A program made the translations under genes and the position numbers. Of a DNA stretch of 64,000 nt, positions 28,838 through 38,346 are shown piece by piece. Source of the stretch: Leptospira biflexa (GTDB taxonomy: Bacteria; Spirochaetota; UBA4802; UB4802); the NCBI GenBank assembly GCA_020721905.1, contig DYLU01000002.1, forward strand, positions 11,314 through 75,313. The letters run 5' to 3'. Every line of letters begins with the position of its first letter. Position 1 is the stretch's first letter. The notes under the pieces are model-generated. The model was not told where the DNA came from. It saw only the letters and a program-made list of their open reading frames with translations, and ran no database searches.

Positions 28838-28859
28838 TAATACTGACATGTCAGTATTA
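28838..28859. promoter_or_regulatory. 22-bp palindrome, candidate TetR operator in the divergent promoter region
   Basis: TAATACTGACATGTCAGTATTA lies 9 nt downstream of a TTGACA hexamer (28824-28829), between TetR (minus) and the SCP2 gene (plus). Confidence 0.55.
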
Positions 28860-28921
28860 CAAGCAAATTTTTTATATTTGCAAAATATTTTACATAATAT
28901 TATTTTTTAAGGAGGATCAAC

Positions 28922-29479
28922 ATGGTTATTGCACCAAATACTTCAATTGATCAATTTCTCACAGAAATTATGCCAAAAGCAGCAACGGAAATGCTTCAAA
29001 ATTCCAATGCACCCAAAGAACTTGGTGGCACTGAAATCACCATGGTTGTTGAAGTTAATGGTAAATCCTATGGATTCAAAGTTAAAGATGGCAAAAATAT
29101 TGAAACATGTGGTGATATCGCAAAACCTATGCTGAGATTAAAAATATCCGAAGCTGATTTAAAGAAAATGATTGAAACCAATAATCTCGATATGCTGTTA
29201 GGCATGCAGAAGGATCTGACAAGAGCCCGATATAATGCTCTATCTTCTTTGAAAGGTAGTTTTATTGCCAAATTAAAAAATGACGATGGTTCTGAATTTA
29301 CCATTGAAGCAATACTTAACGGTGCAACATCACCACAATCAATTTTCCGTATGACAACAAAAGACTCAGCTGCTTTGATGAAAAAGGAAACAAATCCTGT
29401 TAATCTTTTCATGTCAGGTGCAATGAAAATCGAAGGTGATATGAGTTTTGCAATGGCAACCCAACCCCTATTCACTTGA
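28922..29479 (+). CDS. SCP2 (sterol-carrier-protein-2-like) lipid-binding domain protein
   Basis: The C-terminus NPVNLFMSGAMKIEGDMSFAMATQPLF matches the SCP2 pattern. AAGGAGG SD. Confidence 0.6.
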   Translation: MVIAPNTSIDQFLTEIMPKAATEMLQNSNAPKELGGTEITMVVEVNGKSYGFKVKDGKNIETCGDIAKPMLRLKISEADLKKMIETNNLDMLLGMQKDLTRARYNALSSLKGSFIAKLKNDDGSEFTIEAILNGATSPQSIFRMTTKDSAALMKKETNPVNLFMSGAMKIEGDMSFAMATQPLFT

Positions 29480-29492
29480 TAGATATGCTTTA

Positions 29493-29532
29493 CATCTCAA
29501 CCACATTTTTCATGTGGTTGAGATGTTTTTTT
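29493..29532 (+). terminator. rho-independent terminator/attenuator
   Basis: CATCTCAACCACAT-ttttc-ATGTGGTTGAGATG followed by TTTTTTT, between the SCP2 gene and the acyl-CoA ligase. Confidence 0.75.
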
Positions 29533-29554
29533 ATCGATCACATGGAGGACAACA

Positions 29555-31432
29555 ATGGAAACTTTACCCTGGTACAAAGAATATAAAGTTTTAGGTATAC
29601 CAAAAACATTTAAGCCTTATCCTGATAAACCTGTATATGATATTCTTGAAATAGCTGCAAAAAAATACAAAAATAATGGCCTTTTACAAAAGGATTATTT
29701 TATATCTTATCCGCAACTTCTTGAGTATGTAAACAGACTGGCTTCACGCCTACAGTCTTTTGGACTGATCAAAAATGATATTATTGCAACGATTTTACCA
29801 ACTTCTACAGAATTTATAATTGCTGATTACGCAATTTCAAAAGCAGGGCTCATCCATCTGCCATGCAGTTCACTTGAACCTGCTGAAGCTCTTGAACACA
29901 AATTTAAAGAAGGTAAGCCTAAAGCTATAATTTGTACCAGCAACGATATTAAAATTGTCACCCACTTAATAAAAAAGACCAGTGTCAGAGCTATCATCAT
30001 TGCAGACACACGTACCAGCAACTTTGTTCCAACTATCGATACCAATAAAATTAAAATACCAAGCTCCTCAATTTATGAGTTATACTCATTAATCCAGAAT
30101 TCTTCAGGAAACATTAATCCAGTTCCTATTAATGTAGAAACTGATATCGAAACATTAATTTTTACAGGTGGTACCACAGGTATTCCAAAAGGCTGTATGC
30201 TCACACATAGAAATATATATGCTAACTGTATACAGAATCTCCATGCATTAGGTGCCGGAGGATTGACATTCAAGGGGGCAATATCGGTTATATTGGGATT
30301 ACCATTTTTTCATACCTATGGGCATTGCCTTATGCATACAATGATGCTTTTTGGATTCAATATCATCATTATCAACGATCCACGTGATACTAAATCAATG
30401 GTTGAAAATATAAAGAAGCACTATCCGGTTATGCAGATAGGTGTACCAGCTCAATTCATGAAATTAGCTAAAGAAGATCTCAGCGGTATAGGCATAATTG
30501 GTCTTTCAGGATCGGCTCCTCTATCTGAATCGACACAGGAAGAATTTGAAAAACGTTCAAATAGCGGCATAATGGAAGGTTATGGTCTTTCAGAGATGTC
30601 CCCAGTGACACACCTTAATCCTTCAGTGATATACCGTATTTTAGGAGGGCGTTTTGGTGTCCGATTAGTATCTCTCTTATCATCAATTCCCGGAAATAGT
30701 TACTTAACCAATCAGCTCTTTCGTTTGATAGGGACAAGAAACTTTGGCTGGATTTTTACTAAAATTATTTCATATCGCATGAAAAAAACAAGTCAAAAGC
30801 CCGGAAAGAAATCTGTAGAAAAACGAAGAACAATTGGTGTTCCATTCCCCGACACTGAAGTACGTTTTCTTGATTTTGAAACTGGTAACATTCTGACAAT
30901 TGATGATATGCTGGCTGGAAAAAGAGCAGAGATGCTTTTAAAGGGACCACAGCGTATGTTAGGATACTGGCCAAAACCTGATAGTGGCTGTGATGCTGAA
31001 GGTTTCATTCATACCGGTGACATAGTACAGATAGACTCTAATGGTTATTTTTACATTGTTGATCGTTCCAAGGATATGATTAATGTCTCAGGTTTCAAAG
31101 TATATTCAAAAGAAATTGATGACATCGCTGGTGAACATCCACATGTTGAAGCAGCTGCAACTGTTGGAATACCTAATCCAGAAAAAGAAGGTAGCGAAGT
31201 AGTTGTTCTTTTTGTTCAGTTGTATCCACAATACAAAAACAAAACAAAAGAACAAGATATATTAAAATACCTTCAATCAAAAGTTGCAAAATATGCAGTA
31301 CCCAAATTTATACAACTGGTAGATGAACTTCCCCGAACAGCAGTTGAAAAAGTTGATAAAAAAATATTACGGCAAATGGCTATTGATCATTTTCTACTAT
31401 CAAAAAAGAAAGCAAAAATCAAAACAAAATAA
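29555..31432 (+). CDS. long-chain fatty acid-CoA ligase (AMP-forming) with internal insertion
   Basis: Motifs TGGTTGIPKG, EGYGLSE and TGD..., with a C-terminal ...PRTAVEKVDKK. An extra segment of about 70 aa (aa 357-425) lies between the GYGLSE motif and IGVPFP. Confidence 0.88.
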   Translation: METLPWYKEYKVLGIPKTFKPYPDKPVYDILEIAAKKYKNNGLLQKDYFISYPQLLEYVNRLASRLQSFGLIKNDIIATILPTSTEFIIADYAISKAGLIHLPCSSLEPAEALEHKFKEGKPKAIICTSNDIKIVTHLIKKTSVRAIIIADTRTSNFVPTIDTNKIKIPSSSIYELYSLIQNSSGNINPVPINVETDIETLIFTGGTTGIPKGCMLTHRNIYANCIQNLHALGAGGLTFKGAISVILGLPFFHTYGHCLMHTMMLFGFNIIIINDPRDTKSMVENIKKHYPVMQIGVPAQFMKLAKEDLSGIGIIGLSGSAPLSESTQEEFEKRSNSGIMEGYGLSEMSPVTHLNPSVIYRILGGRFGVRLVSLLSSIPGNSYLTNQLFRLIGTRNFGWIFTKIISYRMKKTSQKPGKKSVEKRRTIGVPFPDTEVRFLDFETGNILTIDDMLAGKRAEMLLKGPQRMLGYWPKPDSGCDAEGFIHTGDIVQIDSNGYFYIVDRSKDMINVSGFKVYSKEIDDIAGEHPHVEAAATVGIPNPEKEGSEVVVLFVQLYPQYKNKTKEQDILKYLQSKVAKYAVPKFIQLVDELPRTAVEKVDKKILRQMAIDHFLLSKKKAKIKTK

Positions 31433-31457
31433 TAATCAGAGAACAAGAGAGGTACCA

Positions 31458-32636
31458 ATGAGAGAATGTGTATTTATTGATGGTGTGAGAACACCCAACG
31501 GAAGAGCTCATCGTGAAAAAGGCTGGTTCAGAAACTTAAGGCCTGATGAGCTTTTAACACCAGTGTACAATGCACTATTTGAGCGAAACAGTAAAGTTGC
31601 CCCTGGTATGATTGATGCTGTTTTTGTTGGTTGTGCTAATCCATCAGGCATGCAGAACGATATCGGCAGGTTAGCATGGTTAGCATCTGGACTACCAGAT
31701 TCAGTCCCTACCAATACTTTGACCAATCAATGTCCATCCGGCATGTCTGCCACCATGCATGCCGCACGAGCAATTATGACCGGTGAAGCAGATATCATCA
31801 TAGCTGCTGGCATAGAGGATATGGAAAAAGTACCAATGGGTGCCAATATGGATTTCCCTCCACGCTTGTTGAAATACTATAATGGAGCGGATCTTTTAAT
31901 GGGAGCTACTGCCGAAAAAGTAGCTGAGAAATGGAATATATCTCGAGATGACATGGAAAATATGGCATACTGGTCAAATAAAAAGGCATGGGAAGCAACA
32001 CAAGCCGGCAAATTCAAAAAGGAGATAGTTCCAATAATGGGTCTTGATGATAATGGAAATGAATTCTTAGTAGATAGGGATCAATGGATTCGCGAAAAGG
32101 TAGATAGGGAAAAAATGAAAACCATGATGTCACCATTCAAGCCCAATGGCGTTGTAACAGCAGCAACATCATCACCGCTGACACAGGGTGCTTCAGCACT
32201 ACTTCTCATGAGTAGAGAAAAAGCTGATAAATTGGGACTCCCGTATACATATAAATACTCATATGGAGTATTAGCCGGATGTGATCCTACTGTAATGGGA
32301 ATTGGACCAATTCCTGCTATAAAGAAACTTGTTGCACGGACTGGTTTGAATCTAGACGAAGTGGGAGCAATTGAACTGAATGAAGCTTTTGCAAGTCAGT
32401 CATTAGCATGTATACGTGAACTTAAACTAGATAATGACAATGCTCCATTTAAGCGTGTGAATGTTTGGGGCGGTGCTATTGCTTTAGGTCATCCGTTAGG
32501 TGAATCAGGTGCACGTATTATTGTAACGTTGCTTAATGTGTTACAAACTGAATTCCCGAATGCGAAATATGGACTTGCTTCGCTATGTGGTGCTTTTGGC
32601 AATGCAGGAGCATTACTGGTTGAAAAAGTTAATTAA
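31458..32636 (+). CDS. acetyl-CoA C-acyltransferase (3-ketoacyl-CoA thiolase)
   Basis: Nucleophile region NQCPSGMSA, NEAFASQ, GHPLGESGAR, and C-terminal CGAFGNAGA. I set the start to ATG 31458 (MRECVFIDGVRTP); the track start is an overlap artefact. Confidence 0.88.
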   Translation: MRECVFIDGVRTPNGRAHREKGWFRNLRPDELLTPVYNALFERNSKVAPGMIDAVFVGCANPSGMQNDIGRLAWLASGLPDSVPTNTLTNQCPSGMSATMHAARAIMTGEADIIIAAGIEDMEKVPMGANMDFPPRLLKYYNGADLLMGATAEKVAEKWNISRDDMENMAYWSNKKAWEATQAGKFKKEIVPIMGLDDNGNEFLVDRDQWIREKVDREKMKTMMSPFKPNGVVTAATSSPLTQGASALLLMSREKADKLGLPYTYKYSYGVLAGCDPTVMGIGPIPAIKKLVARTGLNLDEVGAIELNEAFASQSLACIRELKLDNDNAPFKRVNVWGGAIALGHPLGESGARIIVTLLNVLQTEFPNAKYGLASLCGAFGNAGALLVEKVN

Positions 32637-32661
32637 CCAAATTATTTTATACTGAGTGTAC

Positions 32662-32688
32662 ATTTCCGCCGCCAGGTGCGGCGGAAAT
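32662..32688 (+). terminator. GC-rich terminator hairpin after the thiolase
   Basis: ATTTCCGCCGC-caggt-GCGGCGGAAAT stands out in an AT-rich context. The T-tract is weak. Confidence 0.6.
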
Positions 32689-32777
32689 TAAATCTTAATT
32701 TTAGTTCATAATTTATGTGCACATAAATAGTCATACCAAATAAATGTAACAATTTTAATTGCAAAAGGAGGTTTGTC

Positions 32778-33416
32778 GTGAAACGATTTTTAACTATCTT
32801 TTTAACAATTATTTTTGCAGGTATCTCAATCCTTGTTTTTTCACAACAATCAAACTGGAAATTAGTACATGAAAGTAAAGAAGATCAAGCTTTCTTACAA
32901 ATTTTCACTCGTGATATCCCCGGTTCGCCTTATAAAGAATTTAAGGGTGTAAGCTTTTCTGATATTCCTTTTGATATTGCTCTCAAAGTTATTCAGGACT
33001 ACAATAATTATCACAAATGGTATGGCATGTGTAAAGCATTGTATCCAATAAATGTGCGCAACCCAAAAGATCTTGATATGTATTTTATCCTTGACCTTCC
33101 TGTTGTTACAGATCGCGATGTTATTGTTAAAGTTGAATGCGGCTGGGATGAGAAAAAAGGGACCGCCTGGGTAAACATGACATCAGTAAATAATAGTACA
33201 TATAAAAATGACAGCGGTTTAGTGCGTATGACATCTTTAAAAGGAAGATGGGATATAATCAAAAAAGATGATAACCATGTAGAAGTTATTTATCAGGTAC
33301 ATGCTGAATTAGGAGGATCTCTGCCAGCCTGGGTGGTCAATATTGCAGCAAAAGATCAACCGTTAAAGACTTTAAAAGGTGTTTATAAATACAGTAAAAA
33401 GATACGCGATAAGTAA
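32778..33416 (+). CDS. secreted START/SRPBCC-like lipid-binding protein
   Basis: Signal peptide MKRFLTIFLTIIFAGISILVFS, with a length and pattern (YHKWYGMC...VTDRDVIV...W) compatible with a START fold. GTG start behind AAGGAGG. Confidence 0.45.
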   Translation: MKRFLTIFLTIIFAGISILVFSQQSNWKLVHESKEDQAFLQIFTRDIPGSPYKEFKGVSFSDIPFDIALKVIQDYNNYHKWYGMCKALYPINVRNPKDLDMYFILDLPVVTDRDVIVKVECGWDEKKGTAWVNMTSVNNSTYKNDSGLVRMTSLKGRWDIIKKDDNHVEVIYQVHAELGGSLPAWVVNIAAKDQPLKTLKGVYKYSKKIRDK

Positions 33417-33444
33417 AAATAAGAATATACTTATTGATAAAAAA

Positions 33445-33473
33445 GGGGCATTTTGATATATGCCTCTTTTTTT
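33445..33473 (+). terminator. rho-independent terminator
   Basis: GGGGCAT-tttgatat-ATGCCTC (one G-U pair) followed by TTTTTTT. Confidence 0.6.
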
Positions 33474-33560
33474 ATTATGAATAATCTTGACACATAATAC
33501 AATATAATTTTTTTAATGTAGAAATACTTATTTTAATTTTGCAACCAAACAGGATATCCT

Positions 33561-33950
33561 ATGGTAATGGTTTTTATACTGATAGTAGGCATTTATGTAA
33601 TCACCATTGGACTGTTAGAACTTGTAATACCTGCCCGCATGTTACAATTATGGATTAAAATTTCTTCAAGCAGGTTGTATTATCTTTATGGAATTCTATT
33701 AATAATAGCGGGATTCCCCCTAACTCAGGTACCATCATCCAACCCTTTATCTACCCCACTTTTCATTGTTGGATTAATAGTGGTCTTTTCTGGACCGTTC
33801 ATTCTAATTTATCCTGAAAAGATAAAAAACATTTTTTTTCAGGGACTTGAAGAACTTGGACAAAAAGGAAGCCGCTTTGCTTTGATTATTGATGCAATAG
33901 CTCGAATTGTCACAGGAATATTATGTATAGCTGCGTATTTGCTTAGTTAA
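33561..33950 (+). CDS. small integral membrane protein, hypothetical
   Basis: 129 aa with about four hydrophobic segments and no motif recognised. Confidence 0.5.
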   Translation: MVMVFILIVGIYVITIGLLELVIPARMLQLWIKISSSRLYYLYGILLIIAGFPLTQVPSSNPLSTPLFIVGLIVVFSGPFILIYPEKIKNIFFQGLEELGQKGSRFALIIDAIARIVTGILCIAAYLLS

Positions 33951-33956
33951 GATAAT

Positions 33957-36422
33957 CTAAATGACAATATTAACCAATTTTCCAGGCACAACTATTACTT
34001 TTCTGACTGTTTTTCCAGCTATCATCTCTTTAATTCTGTCATCATCAAGTGCTACCTTTTCAATTTCCTCTTTTGTAATATCAGCAGGCACATTGCGTTT
34101 TGACCGTATCTTTCCATTTATCTGGAAAACAACTTCTATCTCATCCTTTGCAATAAGCTCTTCTTTGAAATCAGGCCACGGCTCATCCAGAATAAAATTC
34201 TTATGTCCCAGCACCTCCCATAATTCTTCAGCAAGATGTGGCACAAACGGCCCAAGCATTGGCAATAATTTATCAAATAATTCGGATACTACCATCTTTC
34301 CGGTATCTGTTCGTATTATTTCTTCATTTACCTGATACAATGCATTTACCAATTCCATCATACGGGCAATTGCCGTATTAAACTGCATTCTGTTTTCAAT
34401 ATCGTGTGTCACTGCTTTTACGGTTCTGTGGATTTCCCCTCTAAGATTTTTTAAAGCTTTATCCAATACAATAGTATCAAAATTATATTCAGTATAACAA
34501 TCACCATATTTGTGAACAATTCGCCAAACGCGGTTAACAAACCGATAGCAACCTTCAACCCCCTTATCCGACCAGTCCAGATCCTTTTCAGGAGGAGCAG
34601 CAAAAAGCATAAATAATCGTACAGTATCAGCACCATATTTGTCTATGATATCATCAGGATCCACAATATTGCCTTTGGATTTGCTCATTTTGCTGCCATC
34701 TTTTATTACCATTCCCTGTGTCAGCAAACGAGTAAAAGGCTCCCGATATTGGAAAATCCCCAGATCATTCAGGACCATGGTAAAAAAGCGTGCATACAGC
34801 AAATGCATACAGGCATGTTCTATTCCGCCTATATACTGGTCAACCGGAGTCCAGTAATTGACCTCATCAAAGTCAAAAATGTCCTTTGAATGGGGAGAAG
34901 TAAACTTTGCAAAATACCATGAAGAATCAACAAAGGTATCCATGGTATCCGTTTCACGCTTTGCTTTACCCCCACAGTGTGGGCATGTAGTTTCATAAAA
35001 TTCAGGCATCATGGTAAGTGGTGAACGAGAATCACCATGAAAATCAACATTCGTTGGCAATATTACCGGCAAGGCATCATACGGTACAGGCTGTGCGCCA
35101 CACTTTTCACAATACACGATTGGTATAGGACAGCCCCAGTAGCGTTGTCGTGATATTAACCAGTCTTTGAGGCGGTAATTTACTTTTTTGTAACCAATAC
35201 CTTCTTTTTCAGCATAGTCTGATATTGCTTCAATGGCCTTCTTATTAGCCATACCTGTGAAGGGACCAGAATTCACACATATACCATCCTCAACATATGC
35301 ATCTTTCATTGATGCAACATCAATAGGGGAAGAAGGATTATCAATAACCAGCTTTACAGGAATCCCATATTTTTTTGCAAAAGCGAAGTCACGTGTGTCA
35401 TGTGCCGGGACAGCCATGATAGCACCCGTTCCATATTCCATAAGAACAAAATTACCAACATACAGAGGCACAATATCACCATTAAACGGATTTATGATTT
35501 TTATTCCTGTATCTATGCCTTCTTTTTCCTTTTCTTCAGAAAGTCTGTCTACCAGGGACTGTTCTTTGATCCTTTTAATAAATGCCTTTACTTTTGAATC
35601 TTTTACCCGCTCCAGAAATGGATGTTCAGGAGCTATTACCATAAATGTTACACCATAAATGGTATCTGGACGCGTGGTAAAAATTGAGAAATCCTCACCT
35701 GTATCAGCAACCTTAAAATTTACAACCAGTCCTGTTGAGCGGCCAATCCAGTTTCTTTGCATCACAATAACACGCTCAGGCCAGCCATCTTTTAGCATAT
35801 CATGACCATTCAAAAGATCTTCTGCATAATCGGTTATTTTTAAAAACCATTGCTCCAATTCTCTCTGCGTTACCTGCGTTTCACATCGCCAGCATAAGCC
35901 ATTTTCAACCTGTTCATTAGCAAGTACTGTATTGCATGTTGGGCACCAATTAACCGGTGCTTTGCGCTTGTAGGCCAATCCTTTCTCATACATCTTTATA
36001 AAAATATATTGATTCCATTTATAATATTCTGGTATATAGGTGGCTATCTCCCTTTCCCAATCATAAGAGTATCCTAACATTTTAAATTGCTTTTTCATGT
36101 AAGCAATATTGTCATCAGTCCATTTTTTAGGAGGAATATTATGCTTGATGGCAGCATTTTCTGCTGGTAAGCCAAATGCATCCCACCCCATTGGATGAAA
36201 AACATTGAATCCCTGCATTCGTTTATAGCGAGCTACAACATCTCCAATTGAATAATTGCGCACATGACCCATGTGTATTCTACCCGAAGGATACGGAAAC
36301 ATTTCTAATATATAATACTTTTTCCTGTTTTTATCACGTTTTGATAAAAATACCTGTTCTTTATTCCAACGCTCCTGCCATTTTTTTTCAATTTGTCTGG
36401 GATTATATTCTTTCTCATGCAT
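33957..36422 (-). CDS. leuS: leucine-tRNA ligase
   Basis: HIGH-type motif HMGHVRNY, KMSKSKGN, a Zn-binding CP1 region (WCPTC...CWRC), 821 aa. Confidence 0.95.
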   Translation of the reverse strand: MHEKEYNPRQIEKKWQERWNKEQVFLSKRDKNRKKYYILEMFPYPSGRIHMGHVRNYSIGDVVARYKRMQGFNVFHPMGWDAFGLPAENAAIKHNIPPKKWTDDNIAYMKKQFKMLGYSYDWEREIATYIPEYYKWNQYIFIKMYEKGLAYKRKAPVNWCPTCNTVLANEQVENGLCWRCETQVTQRELEQWFLKITDYAEDLLNGHDMLKDGWPERVIVMQRNWIGRSTGLVVNFKVADTGEDFSIFTTRPDTIYGVTFMVIAPEHPFLERVKDSKVKAFIKRIKEQSLVDRLSEEKEKEGIDTGIKIINPFNGDIVPLYVGNFVLMEYGTGAIMAVPAHDTRDFAFAKKYGIPVKLVIDNPSSPIDVASMKDAYVEDGICVNSGPFTGMANKKAIEAISDYAEKEGIGYKKVNYRLKDWLISRQRYWGCPIPIVYCEKCGAQPVPYDALPVILPTNVDFHGDSRSPLTMMPEFYETTCPHCGGKAKRETDTMDTFVDSSWYFAKFTSPHSKDIFDFDEVNYWTPVDQYIGGIEHACMHLLYARFFTMVLNDLGIFQYREPFTRLLTQGMVIKDGSKMSKSKGNIVDPDDIIDKYGADTVRLFMLFAAPPEKDLDWSDKGVEGCYRFVNRVWRIVHKYGDCYTEYNFDTIVLDKALKNLRGEIHRTVKAVTHDIENRMQFNTAIARMMELVNALYQVNEEIIRTDTGKMVVSELFDKLLPMLGPFVPHLAEELWEVLGHKNFILDEPWPDFKEELIAKDEIEVVFQINGKIRSKRNVPADITKEEIEKVALDDDRIKEMIAGKTVRKVIVVPGKLVNIVI

Positions 36423-36571
36423 ACATCATCCTCCAATAATACATTTACACACCAGATGCATCCAGTACATTAATAATATCTACCAATAGTTATTGATCAA
36501 ATACATATGCACATTATTCACACAGGTTTTATCGTCAAGTATTTTGTTACCAGACAGCTATCATACTTAAA

Positions 36572-38335
36572 TTATATGCCAAAATGTCCATACTGCTTTC
36601 CTTCAATCTGCACTATTATTTTATTGTACATACTGATGATATCCCTATACAGGACAATAGCTGTAACCTTATTTTCTTTTACTACAGGTAAAAAATCGAT
36701 TCCATATTCATCCATTCTTCGTAGAGCCTCTGCTGCAGAATAACTCTCAGTACAGGGATTAACATGTAACACTATATCCTGACAGATCAGCAATTCAACC
36801 ACATCACTGGAAAGCAGTGCCTGTCTTACTTCATTCAATGAAAGTATCCCTGTATACCCCCCTTTATCATCAACCACAACAAGCCTTTCAACTTCAATCA
36901 GTTTATCCATTGCAGATTTGAGTGGCGCTTTTGTAGTAATTGTCTGGAAATCCTTGCTCGCTATTGACCGGACATTAACCGATTCAAGAACATTAATTCG
37001 GCTTTTACGAACATCAATACCTTCTTCCAGCAACTCTAATTCATAAATGGTGCCTTTATTATAGTAGGTAACAGTCAGGTGCGATATAACCGAAGCAAGC
37101 ATAGAAGGAAGAATGATTCTATAATCATTGGTCAATTCAAATACCATCAATATGGCTGTAATTGGTATTGAGTTTAAGCCAGCAAGCATACCACCCATGC
37201 CTATAAGTGCATATGCAACAGGATCAAGTGTTACTCCAAAAAAAGAAAGCATTGAAGCAAACAAATAACCAACCAGTATGCCTATACATAACGATGGAGC
37301 AAATAAACCGCCATAAGCTCCTGTTTGAAAATACAGTGCTACAAATGTAATTTTTAATACAAACAGGATAAACAAAAAATTTACTGAAAATTCTTTTGCC
37401 AGAACTTTATTGATTAATTCATACCCTATACCATAAATATCTGTAAAAAACATAACCGCAATAGCAAATAAAAGCGATAATGGTAACACTATGGTTATCG
37501 TGTCATCCTTTATTACTTTTTTATAAAATTTTCTTATTATGTGCGATAGCTCCATAAATAAAAGCGCAATAATGCCACACACCATTGCCAGTAAAATAAA
37601 ATAAAACACTTCACCAGTATTAACCTGAAATTTTGGGATCTGTAACAATGCAACATTACCTAAATAAGCTTTTGAGACCATATCTGCAGATACAGACGCT
37701 ATTACCAGAGCACTCAATGACTCATTTTTTAAATCATTGAGTAATATTACCTCTATCCCAAAAAAGACCCCTGCAATAGGGGCATTGAATATAGCAGAAA
37801 TTGCAGCACCAGCTCCTGCAACTGTATAGGTAGTCATTTTACGGATATTCAAACGAAAAAGTGATGAAATATATGAACCAAGCCCGCCGCCAATTTTAGC
37901 AGAAGGCCCTTCAGGCCCCAGCGGTGCACCAGTACCCAATGTCACAGCAGAAGCTATCAGATGAAACAATGTTGTAAAAAATGGTATGGGGATTTTTTGC
38001 AACAGGACAGATTTTATAACATTTGTAACTCCTCGTTCGGACGCCTGCTGCGGGAATAATCGCGTTAAGCCTATAATCATCAACGCACCTATAACAGGAA
38101 CTATCGACATAACAAATGAAGGGATTTCAAGGTAGCCTGAAAAGTGAGAAGGATTAATTGCAAAGCGCATCCACTCAATAAGGGTATGAAAAACCATGGC
38201 ACCCAGGCCTGCAGCAGTTCCAATTACAAGGGAAATGCCAATCTGTAATATGTATTCTTTCAGGTCATATCTGGTAGTGAAAAATTTTTTTATACTATCA
38301 TAATAGTGCTGAATAATATGTAGTATATTGTCCAT
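36572..38335 (-). CDS. ClC-family voltage-gated chloride channel/transporter with C-terminal CBS pair
   Basis: Selectivity motifs GPEGPS, GIEVIL... and GGLFAPS, many TM helices, and a C-terminal tandem CBS-like region. Confidence 0.85.
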   Translation of the reverse strand: MDNILHIIQHYYDSIKKFFTTRYDLKEYILQIGISLVIGTAAGLGAMVFHTLIEWMRFAINPSHFSGYLEIPSFVMSIVPVIGALMIIGLTRLFPQQASERGVTNVIKSVLLQKIPIPFFTTLFHLIASAVTLGTGAPLGPEGPSAKIGGGLGSYISSLFRLNIRKMTTYTVAGAGAAISAIFNAPIAGVFFGIEVILLNDLKNESLSALVIASVSADMVSKAYLGNVALLQIPKFQVNTGEVFYFILLAMVCGIIALLFMELSHIIRKFYKKVIKDDTITIVLPLSLLFAIAVMFFTDIYGIGYELINKVLAKEFSVNFLFILFVLKITFVALYFQTGAYGGLFAPSLCIGILVGYLFASMLSFFGVTLDPVAYALIGMGGMLAGLNSIPITAILMVFELTNDYRIILPSMLASVISHLTVTYYNKGTIYELELLEEGIDVRKSRINVLESVNVRSIASKDFQTITTKAPLKSAMDKLIEVERLVVVDDKGGYTGILSLNEVRQALLSSDVVELLICQDIVLHVNPCTESYSAAEALRRMDEYGIDFLPVVKENKVTAIVLYRDIISMYNKIIVQIEGKQYGHFGI

Positions 38336-38346
38336 GAGGAAAAAAA

